Assembly (NCBI GenBank): GCA_034780895.1
Contig: JAUZTB010000033.1
Coordinates: forward strand, 26,124,957 to 26,188,956
Length of the DNA stretch: 64,000 nucleotides
Source: Rhynchobatus australiae
Taxonomy: Eukaryota
Direction: 5' to 3'
Position numbers and translations under genes: made by a program. Under the pieces are notes generated by a model. That model was given only the letters and a program-made list of their open reading frames with translations, searched no databases and had not been told where the DNA came from. Below are positions 1-11,869 of the stretch, in pieces. How positions within the stretch are numbered: position 1 is the stretch's first letter; each line of letters starts with the position of its first letter.

Positions 1-29
1 TTGACATCAACACTTAAGTGTCCTGGCAT

Positions 30-810
30 TAACAGTGTACTGTCCTTTTACATTTGATCTTCTGGTGCAATACCTTGCATGTGGCCGGATTAAACTCCAT
101 CTCCCATTTTTCCACTCATATTTGCAACTGCTCTACATCCCACTGTATCCTTTAGTAATCTTTTACACTATCCACAATGCCACCAATCTTATTAACCCAC
201 CCATCCACATTTTCATCCAGGTCATGTGTGTGTATATACCACAAACAACAGCAGAGGTCCCAGTACAGATCCCTGAGAAACACCACTAGTCATGGAACTC
301 CAGTCAGAATAAGTCCTATCAACCACTGTCCTCTCCTTATAGGTAAGTCAATTCAAATGGCATGTCATTGTGGATCCCATGCATCTTAATCTTCTGGATG
401 AGCCTACAATGAGGGACCTTGTCAAAGACCCCACTGAAGTCCACATAGACAATATCCACAGTCTACCTTCATCAGCCACCTCAAAACTCAATCAAGTTAG
501 TAAGGCATGACTTGCCCAGCACAAAGCCATGCTNNNNNNNNNNNNNNNNNNNNNNNNNNNNNNNNNNNNNNNNNNNNNNNNNNNNNNNNNNNNNNNNNNN
601 NNNNNNNNNNNNNNNNNNNNNNNNNNNNNNNNNGACTGTTCCTAATTAGGCCATGGTTTTCCAAATACTCATAGATCCTATTCCTAAGAATCCTCTCCAA
701 TGGTTTCCCTACCACTGACATGACTCTCCTGTCTAATGTTTACAGAATTTTCCCTATTTCCCTTCTTGAATAATGGAACAGCATTATGTTTCCCCAGTCC
801 TCTGGGACAT
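30..810 (-). mobile_element. Decayed CR1-type LINE ORF2 fragment
   Basis: Minus-strand ORF 497..721 reads SVVGKPLERILRNRIYEYLENHGLIRNS, typical CR1 RT N-terminal region; contains a 100-N gap. Confidence 0.75.
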
Positions 811-925
811 GCTTTATATTCTTGGGACACAGTAATTGCAACTTGTGCCAAATAGTACTGTTACACTTTCCAATATGCAATACTATGAATTATCAAGTAT
901 ATCTTTGTGATGGCATGTTAACAAT

Positions 926-2028
926 CTAGAAACATAGAAAATCTACAACACAATTCAGGCCCTTTGGCCCACAAAGCTGTGTTGAACATATCCCTACCTT
1001 AGAAATTACTAGGCTTACCCATAGCCCTCTCTTCTCAGCTCCATGTACCTATCCAGAAGTTTCTTAAAAGACCCTATTGTTTCTGTTTCTGCTTCCACCA
1101 CTGTTGCCAGCAGCCCATCCCACGCACTCACCACTCTGAGTAAAAAAAAAACTTACCCCTGACATCTCTCTACTTACTCCCCAGCACCTTAAACCTCTGT
1201 CCTCTTGTGGTAACCATTTCAGCCCTGGGGAAAAGCCTCTGACTATCTACCCGATTGATGCCTCTCATCATCTTGTATGCCTCTATCAGGTTCCCCCCTC
1301 ATCCTCTGTTGCTCCAAGGAGAAAAGGCCGAGTTCCCTCAACCTGCTTTCATAAGGCATGCTCTGCAGTCCAGGCAGCATCCTTGTAAATCTCCTCTGCA
1401 CCCTTTCTATGGCTTACATATCTTTCCTGTAGTGAGCTGACCAGAACTGACCACAGTACTCCAAGTGGGGTCTGACCGGGGTCCTATATAGCTGCAACAA
1501 AACCTCTCTGCTCCTAAATTCAATTCCCTGATTGATGAAGGACAATACACCATATGCCGCCTTAACCACAGAGTCAACCTGTGCAGCTGCTTTGAGTGTC
1601 CTATGGACTCTGACCCCCAAGATTCCTCTGATCCTCCACACTGCCACGAGTCCTGCCATTAATACTATGCCATTATATTTAACCTACCAAAATGAACCAC
1701 TTCACACTTATCTGGGTTGAACTGCATCTACTACTTCTGAACCCAACTTTGCATCCTATCTCTGTCCTGCTGTAACCTCTGACAGCCCTCTGTACTATTC
1801 ACTATACATCCAATTTTTGTGTCATCTGCAAACTTACTAACCCATCCCTCCACTTCCTCATCCAGGTCGTTTATAAAAATCATGAAGAGTAAGGGTTCTT
1901 GGACAGATCCCTGAGGTATACCACTGGTCACTGACCTCCATGCAGAATACGACTCTTCAACAACCCCGCTTTGCCTTCTGTGGGCCAGCCAGTTCTGGAT
2001 CCACATTGCAATGTCGCCTTGGATCCTA
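926..2028 (-). mobile_element. CR1/HER1-type LINE, 5'-truncated, RT C-terminal part plus 3' tail
   Basis: ORFs 1731..2159 (SGIPQGSV..PLLFMIFINDLDEEVEGWVSKFADDTKIG) and 1414..1659 (LYRTPVRPHLEYCGQFWSAHYRKD); tail tagaaacatagaa is the reverse complement of the (TTCTATGT)n-type CR1 3' repeat. Confidence 0.9.
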
Positions 2029-2716
2029 ATCTGTGTGGCACAAAAGCTTATATGGTGCAAAGGAAATTGCACAATGAGGCATGGGATGAAGTGAGGCAAG
2101 AAGGACAGCCCATGTGACAGAAGGGGATGTGGTAGTATAGACACGAAAACCAATTCCATCAGTATGGACTGGAAAATCAGTTACACCCAAACCAACTTGC
2201 CAGTGGTGAGCAAGAAATAGTGTGATAAATAAATTGCCATGAAATTTATCAAGGAGCTGACAGAGAGCCAAGTAAAATGAATAAGAGTAACATAAGGTTA
2301 GGAACGTTTGAGAGACGTGCTAAGAGACAAGAGACCAAATTAATCAGTGACTTGAATTAAAAAAAGGGAATGACATGCATATTTGGTTTTAAAATACCTA
2401 TGCTCCACCTCTTTTGGCCTTCCTAATAATGAAGTGGGTTTCCAACCAATTACTATAGTCAGCATATACTCCATTCTCACTGTTTTAAAATTAAAGTTCG
2501 AATTGAATTGGCATTAAGGGGAATGTGTATAAACAGCTGTAGTGACAGTTGGTTAGAAATTCCCATTGTAGGTAGGCAAAGAGGAAAAGCAGAAAACTAG
2601 CATTTTTAAATATATTGAAAATTGAAATTTATTGGAAGAATTCTTCAGGAGATACTGCATAGTGTATTATCCATCTGAATTACCAAAAGCAGTGTCATCT
2701 AAGATTTGATATTTCT

Positions 2717-2995
2717 GGGCGTCACGGTTAGCGTCACACTATTACAGAGCCAGCGACCTGGGTTCAATTCTGGCACTGTCTGTAAGGAGTTTGTACGTTT
2801 TCCCTGTATCTGCATAGGTTTCTCCCAGGTGTTCCAGTTTCCTCCCACATTCCAAAGATGCACAGGTTAGGAAGTTGTAGGCATGCTATGTTGGTGCTGG
2901 AAGCATGGCGACACTCATGGGCTGACCCCAGAACACCCTACGCAAAAAGATGCATTTCACTGTATGTTTCTATATACATGTGACTGATGAAGATC
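2717..2995 (+). mobile_element. tRNA-derived V-SINE (HE1-like)
   Basis: Pol III B box GGTTCAATTC at 2761-2770 followed by V-domain-like ctgtaaggagtttgtacgtt...gggtttctcccaggtgttccagtttcctcccacattccaaag. Confidence 0.85.
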
Positions 2996-3639
2996 TTATT
3001 TTTAAGATCAAAGTATCTTTACGTCAACTGCAATTTGCGGAACAATGTTCCTCTTGAAACTAGCAGTTCTCTTACAGAAATGATGACAGGAAACTAGTCC
3101 AAGTTAGGGACTGCTGTGTTGCCATCTTGTCAATTCATAGAAATTTGTAGCACAAAAGAAGTGGTTTGGGTCATATGTCCATGTCGGCTGTAAAAGAGCT
3201 ATTTTTGACTAATGCCACTTCCCAGCTCTTGGTTTGTTGTTCCATAATTAATGATTCATGCAGGTACTTAATGTCTCTCCCTGAGTCACCCTTTCGAGCA
3301 TTGATTTCTAGATCATTCTTTGGACAAGAACACTTCCTCCTTGTGCTTCTCCCAATTACGTCAAATTTACATCATCTAGTCGTTGATCTCTTTGATAAGG
3401 GAAATTGTGGTAAACGGAATGGCCAAGGCACTCAAAGATCTGTGTTGAGAGTGCAATTATTCACCTTGCAGGTGACCCCTGTGTTATGACCATTTGGGTT
3501 ATGGAAATTTGCCCTAACAGGATTCTCAAATCGCAGAATAAAATTTGTTCTCGCAGAATTTGTGGGTAAAAAATAAATCAACACAGTTTGTTTTGTTTTC
3601 AACTTGTATTTCTTAATTTCTTTACACATGCATAGATGA

Positions 3640-3975
3640 TGGAGCTTCATGTTACGGATAAAAAATCGCAATATGATGAACACCCCCCCCCCCAAAATAA
3701 AATCATGCAGGAGGCCCCTGTATTTATACATGACTTTGGTGATGGAATGGAAAGCTATCAAAGGCACAGAGGTGTATGATTTTGTAAGCAACGTAAAAGG
3801 GTCAATAAATTACAAAATTGAATGGGATAAAATGTTGCAAATGGATTTTGATGAAGGCAAATTTGAGGTCATTTTTGGCGTCAAAAGGATAGAACTGATT
3901 ACAGTCCAAATGGTGAAAAGTGTGAAGTAGTAGAGGTCCAAAGAGACTTGAGGATTCATGGACAAAGATACTTAA
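3640..3975 (+). mobile_element. Highly decayed CR1 RT fragment
   Basis: ORF 3649..3930 ends with DKMLQMDFDEGKFEVIFG, resembling the CR1 'WQMEFN.DKCEV.HFG' motif. Confidence 0.5.
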
Positions 3976-5594
3976 GATATTGATTCTTTTCTGGCACAAT
4001 TCATGACAAAACTAAAAAGTATTTCTAAGTGAATTTTAAGAATTGTTCACCTCTGTACCTTCTGAGTATTTCTGTTGCACTTGAAATCAACTTTTACTGC
4101 CCTACTTCAATTCTCAGTTATTTGTCTATGTATTTGATTCTCTCAATGATTTGTGAGCTTAAAATCCCATCAGTGAGATTGCCATTATTTCGTTGCTTTG
4201 TGCAACCCACTTGGCTTCATTTATTTCTTTCAATCACATCAAACATACAGTGTACCCTCTCAAAGCTGTAGTTGGTAGCAATACTGAGTAAGCAAACATT
4301 TTTGATTCTGACAATCCTCTAACTAGGAATATTGACCTTTAATATTCTTCTTCCTCTGAGGAACAACTTTTTCAAATTATTAGATGCCTTATAAAATTTA
4401 ATCAGAAAAGATTCTTTGTGAAATATGATCTGGAAATGTCACCTAGGAATGGAAGGGCCATTCTGGAAAATTTCAGAACATAATTCTAGCTTTTGGAGGT
4501 TTTTTTAAGAAATGACAATACTCGAATAGGCAAATCTGTGTATTTCAGTAATCAGTATCATAGAATCTGGTTTAAAAAAAATCAGACCTGGTAGGATCTA
4601 AACTAGATTAACCAAAATTGTGCCCTTTTCCCTCAAAAGGATTTCATCGTGAAGTTATTTCTTGAGTCCTAAGTGTATTTTGTGATCTTAACATCTCCCA
4701 AAAGCAGGAAATTGTTCTTGATTCTGAAAGTTTTACGATTTTAGCCCTGATACAATTGAGATCGCCTTGCATATGTTACATTGCTCATGACTCAGGATTT
4801 GTGGGAGTTTTTTTTTAGCCCTCCAGTTTTGACAAGGTTATTTTGTTTCAGGGTCTGTAGTTTTGTTAAAGCATCAGTGGAGGAAAATTCTACTCTTTGG
4901 ATCTTTTCATTGTATCTGCCATAATTTATTTTCATTTGTTTTTTTTTAGNNNNNNNNNNNNNNNNNCAGAAGTGACTCCTTGTTGATTTAATTTTAGCTT
5001 CTAATCTTTATTTTGGGAATATTGCCCATTTTGACCACAAAATTCACAGTTCTCCATGTTCTCTTCTGGAATGTTATTTTCTCACATCTGCAGTAGCCCT
5101 CATCTTTAAGGCTGTAAATGCCTGAAATTTTTGGTCAGTTAAATGGGGTACTTTTTTTTATCGCGGTAAGTGATAGCTTCAGAGTGTAGCTGTTCTTCAG
5201 AAATACATTCAGACCGGTTGTAGTCCTCTGGTTTTAAGTGGAGCTCACCTTCAGTACAGAGAAATGATAGGACCTTGGACCATTGATTTGTTTTATTTAC
5301 TTATTTTGAGGATGTGGACATTGCTGGCAATGGCAGATTTATTGTCCATTCCTAATTGCCTTGTGAAAATGATGATGAACTGCATCGTTACAATCCGCAG
5401 AATGCTTAGAATGTGGTATGTGCTGCTGAATGGAATAGCTGTAGAAAATAACATGTATGCATTTAGGGGGAAACAAAGGAATGCGGGGATATATGCTTAT
5501 TGGAATAGAGTGGAGGTGGTTCATGGCAAGAAAACACTAGTATGGATCAATTTGATTGAATGACCTGTCTTCTGTGCTGTGAATTCCATGTAGT

Positions 5595-7091
5595 TGGTGG
5601 AAAATGAACAGATAAAAGTGCAAAGTTACATCCCCTGCATTTGCATGGCATAGTCTCATGAGAAGGGGAGTGGATAGTGGAGAAGGAATTGTGACTGCAG
5701 TCCCTTTGGAATAGTGAAGGGAGAGCAAGGAGGGTCTTGTTGTAGAATCTCATTGAAGGTGATGAATATGGGAAAGTTTAATCTTATTCAGATGTAGGCC
5801 TGGGGCCATTAAGTGTTCTGAAAAGCAAAAAAGAAATCGCAGATGCTGGAAATCTAAAATCAAAACAATAGGTCGGGTCAGGCAGCAATGAGAGAGTGAA
5901 ACTAGGATTTTATTTTTTCAGGTCACTGGTGAGTTCTGATGAATAGGAAGGGCTATTCTTTAAACATTGAATTTGGTATTGTGTCCAGAGGGTTGTGACA
6001 TTCTGGATGGAAGATGATGCTCTTCCTCAATCTTGTTGGGTTTTGTTGCAATGGTATAGGAGACTAATGATAGAGGTTGGTGTAGGATGGAGAATTGAAG
6101 TGGCAGGTGACTGGTCACTCTTACGGAATGAACCCAGTCTGCATTTTTGTATCTTCAGTGCAAAATAGACTCTGTCATGAGCACTGAATGCCATTTGCTA
6201 AATTGAAAGAAGTGGAGGTGAATTGCTACTTCACCTGGAAGGAGCTGTTATGTCTCTGGATGATGGAAAAGGAACAGGTAAAAGTGCAAGGTTACGTCCC
6301 CTGCATTTGCATGGGAAGGTGCCATGTGAATGGGAATACTTGGTGGAGAAGGAATCATGATTATAGTTCCTTTGGAATGAGGAAAGGGGAGGGGAGAGGA
6401 AGAAGTGTCTGCGGTGGAAACTCATTGAAGGTGGTGAATATGGGAAAACAATCAAGCTGCAGATACTGGAATCTGAAACAAAACAATTGCTGGAAGAATG
6501 CTGCCTGTCAAGCAGCTTCTGTGGAAAGAGAAATCAGTTAAACGTCTTGTTCTGCAGATGGTTTATTAACCCAAAATGTTAACTGGTTTCTTTTTGTGGA
6601 GATGCTGCTTGACTGGCTAAGTTGTTCCAGCTTTTCTGTTATTGTGGTGAATATGGAGACTGGTGGGGTGGAATGTGAGGAGAAGGGAAACCCCATCCTT
6701 GCTCAGCTGGCAGGAGAGGAATGAAGGCAGAAGTTCTGAAAATAGAGCAGATATGGCTGTAAATCCCGTCAGCCATGTTAAGGAAAAAGGAAAATATCTC
6801 TGAAACACTGGTGTGGAAAATTTTTAGCCTTGTCACCAGAACAGATGTGAATGATGGAGAATGAGAAATTGGGGGAAAGTGTGATGAAGAAAGTTGTGAG
6901 CTTGCAATGAATATTGGTTGCTAATGTACTTCCTGAAAGGAGATGGAGAAGTCAAGAAACAAAAGAGTCAAATATGGACCGTGTGAAAGTGAGATCTGGA
7001 TGGAATTTGGCAGCAAAAGGAACTGAAATTTTAAGTTTAGTATCGATGCAAGATCCGGCACCAATATGATTAATGTTCTGGTATCCTAGAA
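5595..7091 (-). mobile_element. Penelope-like element (RT C-terminus, linker, GIY-YIG region), decayed and internally duplicated
   Basis: Minus-strand peptides IGAGSC..FAAKFHPDLTFT (post-YIDD RT region), SKDGVSLLLTFHPTSLHIHH, HGTFPCKCRG (Cys linker before GIY-YIG); 5595-5775 resembles 6260-6445. Confidence 0.8.
6444..6643. mobile_element. Short fold-back Penelope-terminus-derived element nested in the Penelope relic
   Basis: tgctggaa...aagcagcttctgtggaaagagaaatcagttaa pairs imperfectly with ttaactggtttctttttgtggagatgctgctt...ttccagc; flanked by identical gtggtgaatatgg at 6431-6443 and 6644-6656. Confidence 0.65.
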
Positions 7092-8814
7092 NNNNNNNNN
7101 NNNNNNNNNNNNNNNNNNNNNNNNNNNNNNNNNNNNNNNNNNNNNNNNNNNNNNNNNNNNNNNNNNNNNNNNNNNNNNNNNNNNNNNNNNNGTGGGTGTG
7201 AGTATGTGCGTGTGAGAGAGAGAGAGGGTTTGGGTGCATGCATTTTCAACATTTTCTGTTTTTATTTCATATTTCTAACAGCAATGGTATATTCTGCTTT
7301 CATGTTTATATGTGGTAATATGATATTTATGTGGTTAGTAAGAAGAACTGGAAACTTGCCCAGAATGATGGAGGCATTGAGGGTAGTGCCCAGAATAATG
7401 TACATATAATAAGGACTTTTCAAGACATCAAGACTTGAGTTCTTTTTAAGAAGCAGATGGGAAAACTCACTTGGACAGTAGTAATGGATTAGTTCCTCGC
7501 TAATGAGGGAACTTTAATAAGCCAAGTTGAAGCAAGGGAATACTTCGAGTTTTGTGATTACAAAGCTCTGTAACTGAAGAGTTCACTCTGCTGTCAGCAA
7601 GATGAGAAAGCAAAGAGGATGTAGCTCATGGATTTTGATGCCTAGATTTTGATTTATCCATCACCCAAGCCTCTGCTGTTTCTTCATCTAAATCTATCAG
7701 TGTAGACCTTGATTCCCCTCTTTGTCATGTGTTTGTAAGTGCTCCTTAGTATCGATGCAAGATCCGGCACCAATATGATTAATGTTCTGGTATCCTAGAA
7801 TGTGCTAAAAAGGGAACTTTCTTGCACTCTATCTGGAGTGGCATGAGAGGCACAGTTTTTTGTCCAGCTATTTCCAGTACTGGGTGAAAGATCACATAAA
7901 ACATCAATAAGAATATTTAATACTGGCACTTAGGAGTTATCAATATTAAAATACAAACAGCAGTCTACAGTTTTTATACATCTATAACCAGAGTACTGCA
8001 ACCTTTATTAATGTAATTGTACAACAGACTATAATTCTGCTATTTTGAAATGGGCACAGTTGTTGAGATAATCTTTCCAAAATGATCAACTTGGCAGATT
8101 CAGCAGCCTATTTGGTTTTGCTTTGTAAAAACAAAAATCACAAATTATGGTAAACGTATTTGTACTACTCAAAGAAATTATTTTATGTCATTTTGGTTAG
8201 AAACATTTCTCCTTTAGAGGAGGCAATTATGATATAGATTCCAATTGCATGTTTTAATCCCCACTGATTTTAAAGTAGCAATAAATTTGTATAACAACCT
8301 TCAAAATGTAATTTTTGCTCAAGTGTGGGGGATTTGCTTTCATTACCCTCCCTAAAGAAAGCATCTAAATGAATGAATCAAATCAGTTGAAATCTATCCT
8401 GGTGGACTTCAGNNNNNNNNNNNNNNNNNNNNNNNNNNNNNNNNNNNNNNNNNNNNNNNNNNNNNNNNNNNNNNNNNNNNNNNNNNNNNNNNNNNNNNNN
8501 NNNNNNNNNNNNGAAATCTATCCTGGTGGACTTCAGTAGGAGATGAACAAAAATATGTTGATTGGAACATCTGAAGTATTGAAGATGGTCACAAAACACT
8601 GAAGTATTGCTTTTTGCTATCTTCTCCATTTTCTATTTTCAAAAGGACGTGGAGATTTCTGCTAGTTATTAAATTGTCCCTTGCTATTAGTAACTGGGCT
8701 ATACAGCAGTTATTGATTGCTTGGCTTTTACAAAGGTATGCTACCTTTTGTTCTTCAGCTTGCATGTCATCCTTTGCGGCTACACCCTTTCTGAAAATGT
8801 TACATTTCTTGGCA

Positions 8815-9112
8815 TGCTCTTCTGTGTTCCTAATTGAACCAAGATGCACTGAAGCAACCATCACCCAAAAGGACAAGAGGAGGTGCATGGGAACAACATT
8901 TAATTTCAAGTTCTTTTTCAAATTGAATACCACACAAATTGTGATACATTGCATATTTATCAGTTAAAATCCTGAGCTTCCTACCTAAAATCTATGTGGG
9001 AGAACCTTTATGTAGACTGCAACAGTTCAAAGGTTTATTATCATCTCGAGTAATTAGGGATAGGCAATAAATGCTGACCTTGCCAGCAATGTTCACATTC
9101 CAGAAATAAATT
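8815..9112 (+). mobile_element. 3' end of a second LINE family (CR1/L2 group, exact clade not assigned)
   Basis: Tail aattagggataggcaataaatgctgaccttgccagcaatgttcacattccagaaataaa; related tails at about 57945-58018 (+), 5290-5370 (-) and 43635-43710 (-). Confidence 0.55.
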
Positions 9113-9589
9113 AGAAACACAACTAACCTGAACTCTATTAAATTTGCTGAGGCAATAAACTGTAAACTCCACCCCCTGCATCATCAACCAATTTTATTTA
9201 ACCTCTCATTCACATGGACATAGCAGCAACACTGAATCTTGGATCTTTGGTTTGAAGACCAAATGCTGCACGTGCTGGAAATCTGAAATTGAAGCAGAGA
9301 AATATTTGGGAGGTCAGGCAGCAACTGTGTAGAGCGACCAAATATTTTGGTTAGACCTTTTTTCAATTATTGATGTCATGGATCAAATTTTAAACAACTA
9401 CAATTATGAAATCAATCACTGGACAAAAAGGTAAGCCTGCAATTGTTACAACTGACACTGCTTTCTGATAGATTATTTAAAATGGTATATGCATTTGCTG
9501 CATTCACAGGTTGTTAATGATACTGTTAATGAAAGAATGAAAAGAATTAATACTTGGACAGGGGCTGATTGTCTTAATTGTATACTTGG

Positions 9590-10060
9590 TATCACTAGCT
9601 AGATGCTGCCTGGTGTTGGGTGATGGTGGTAACCTGTTGCACTGAAGGCAGATCAATGAGTTCTGGTCCATGGGGTGGGGGAGGGGGCTGGTGGGATGGA
9701 CTTTCGACTTTTGCAGCAGTAGTTGGGACTAGGAAAGAAGATGATCAATGGACGAGGATGTGGTTGGGAAGGATGGCTGGTAGTTTTGGTACAATTACCA
9801 GGCTATTTGAGGAAGACTATTCTGGAGACAGATGGGAAGCAGGCTTGGAAAAGATTATAGTAGGGAAATGTGAGCGAGAGCAGTTGAAAATGATGAAGGG
9901 ATTCGGGGGAAGATGAAGAGAGTACAGTATGAAGACAGAACCCTCCTGAGTGATGGAGGTGGGGAGAAGGTGTAGGGTGTAATAGATGGGGCAGGGATGG
10001 AGGCAAGAGCATTTCTGTGTGCGCCTTTCTCTGTGGGTATAGTTAGTGAGTGTAATGTGT
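9590..10060 (-). mobile_element. Old L2-like LINE fragment
   Basis: G-rich + strand (C-rich - strand) with no intact ORF; resembles L2 ORF2 sequence by eye. Confidence 0.45.
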
Positions 10061-10195
10061 GTGTAATATGTGTCCGCTGTTCTTAAAGGCACTGGAAGGG
10101 AGCATAAATCTACAGGAATTATTTTTCGTACCTTGTTTTTATGGGGAGCCTTGTTACATAATAAGAGTGAATCTTGTAAAGCATTTCATATTTAA

Positions 10196-11738
10196 GTAGG
10201 GATATGTCCAAGGCTATTACGGGAAGTGGGGGAAGAGATTGCTGTGCCCTTGGTGATGATCTTTGTGTCCTCACTGCTCACAGGAGTAGTGCCAGATGAA
10301 TGGAGAGTGGCAGATGTTGTTCCTTTGCTCAAGAAAGGGAGCAGGGATAACCCTGGGAATTACAGGCCAGTGAGCCTTACTTCAGTGGTGGGCAATTTAC
10401 TGGAGAAGATTCTTAGAGACAGGATTTATGGACATTTGGAGAAGCATAGGCTGATTAGGGACAGTCAGCATGGCTTTGAGGGGCAGGCCATGCCTCATGA
10501 GCCTGATTGAATTCTCTGAGGATGTGACAAAGCACGTTGATGAGGGTAGAGTAGTGGATGTGGTGTACATAGATTTTAGTAAGGCATTTGATAAGGTTCC
10601 TCATGGAAGGCTCATTCAGAAAGTCAGGAGGCATGGGATCCAGGGAAANNNNNNNNNNNNNNNNNNNNNNNNNNNNNNNNNNNNNNNNNNNNNNNNNNNN
10701 NNNNNNNNNNNNNNNNNNNNNNNNNNNNNNNNNNNNNNNNNNNNNNNNNNNNNNNNNNNNNNNNNNNNNNNNNNNNNNNNNNNNNNNNNNNNNNNNNNNN
10801 NNNNNNNNNNNNNNNNNNNNNNNNNNNNNNNNNNNNNNNNNNNNNNNNNNNNNNNNNNNNNNNNNNNNNNNNNNNNNNNNNNNNNNNNNNNNNNNNNNNN
10901 NNNNNNNNNNNNNNNNNNNNNNNNNNNNNNNNNNNNNNNNNNNNNNNNNNNNNNNNNNNNNNNNNNNNNNNNNNNNNNNNNNNNNNNNNNNNNNNNNNNN
11001 NNNNNNNNNNNNNNNNNNNNNNNNNNNNNNNNNNNNNNNNNNNNNNNNNNNNNNNNNNNNNNNNNNNNNNNNNNNNNNNNNNNNNNNNNNNNNNNNNNNN
11101 NNNNNNNNNNNNNNNNNNNNNNNNNNNNNNNNNNNNNNNNNNNNNNNNNNNNNNNNNNNNNNNNNNNNNNNNNNNNNNNNNNNNNNNNNNNNNNNNNNNN
11201 NNNNNNNNNNNNNNNNNNNNNNNNNNNNNNNNNNNNNNNNNNNNNNNNNNNNNNNNNNNNNNNNNNNNNNNNNNNNNNNNNNNNNNNNNNNNNNNNNNNN
11301 NNNNNNNNNNNNNNNNNNNNNNNNNNNNNNNNNNNNNNNNNNNNNNNNNNNNNNNNNNNNNNNNNNNNNNNNNNNNNNNNNNNNNNNNNNNNNNNNNNNN
11401 NNNNNNNNNNNNNNNNNNNNNNNNNNNNNNNNNNNNNNNNNNNNNNNNNNNNNNNNNNNNNNNNNNNNNNNNNNNNNNNNNNNNNNNNNNNNNNNNNNNN
11501 NNNNNNNNNNNNNNNNNNNNNNNNNNNNNNNNNNNNNNNNNNNNNNNNNNNNNNNNNNNNNNNNGTGGTGGAGGCAGATACATTGGGGACATTCAAGAGA
11601 CTCTTAGGCATATGAATGATTAGAAAAATGGAGGGTTATGTGAGAGGGAAGGATACGATAGATCTTAGAGCAGGATAAAATGTTGGCACAATATTGTGGG
11701 CTGAAGGGCCTGTACTGTGCTGTAATGTTCTATGTTTT
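10196..11738 (+). mobile_element. Relatively young CR1-type LINE, middle part in an assembly gap
   Basis: ORFs 10226..10510 (GVVPDEWRVADVVPLLKKGSRDNPGNYRPVSLTSVVG) and 10470.. (VDVVYIDFSKAFDKVPHGRL); 3' end gggctgaagggcctgtactgtgctgtaatgttctatg. Confidence 0.9.
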
Positions 11739-11869
11739 AGGGTAGGGGTATAAACTGGAATTTCTTAAAGTTCTAATGTATATCATGAGAAAGCAATTAG
11801 AGTCTATCTTTCTGCTATATACAGTGACTGCTTATTTGAATATACCCCCATGAACCTCTCTGGTTTTAT

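Noticed and set aside
8388-8536. Short direct repeats flanking 100-N gaps (also about 19235/19352, 35878/36029, 36594/36739, 15383/15507)
   Set aside because: Assembly overlaps, not biological repeats or CRISPR-like arrays
10470-11615. Long ORFs of 320-380 aa (and 230-280 aa at 44031-44938)
   Set aside because: Almost entirely N-gap translated as X; the flanks are CR1 sequence
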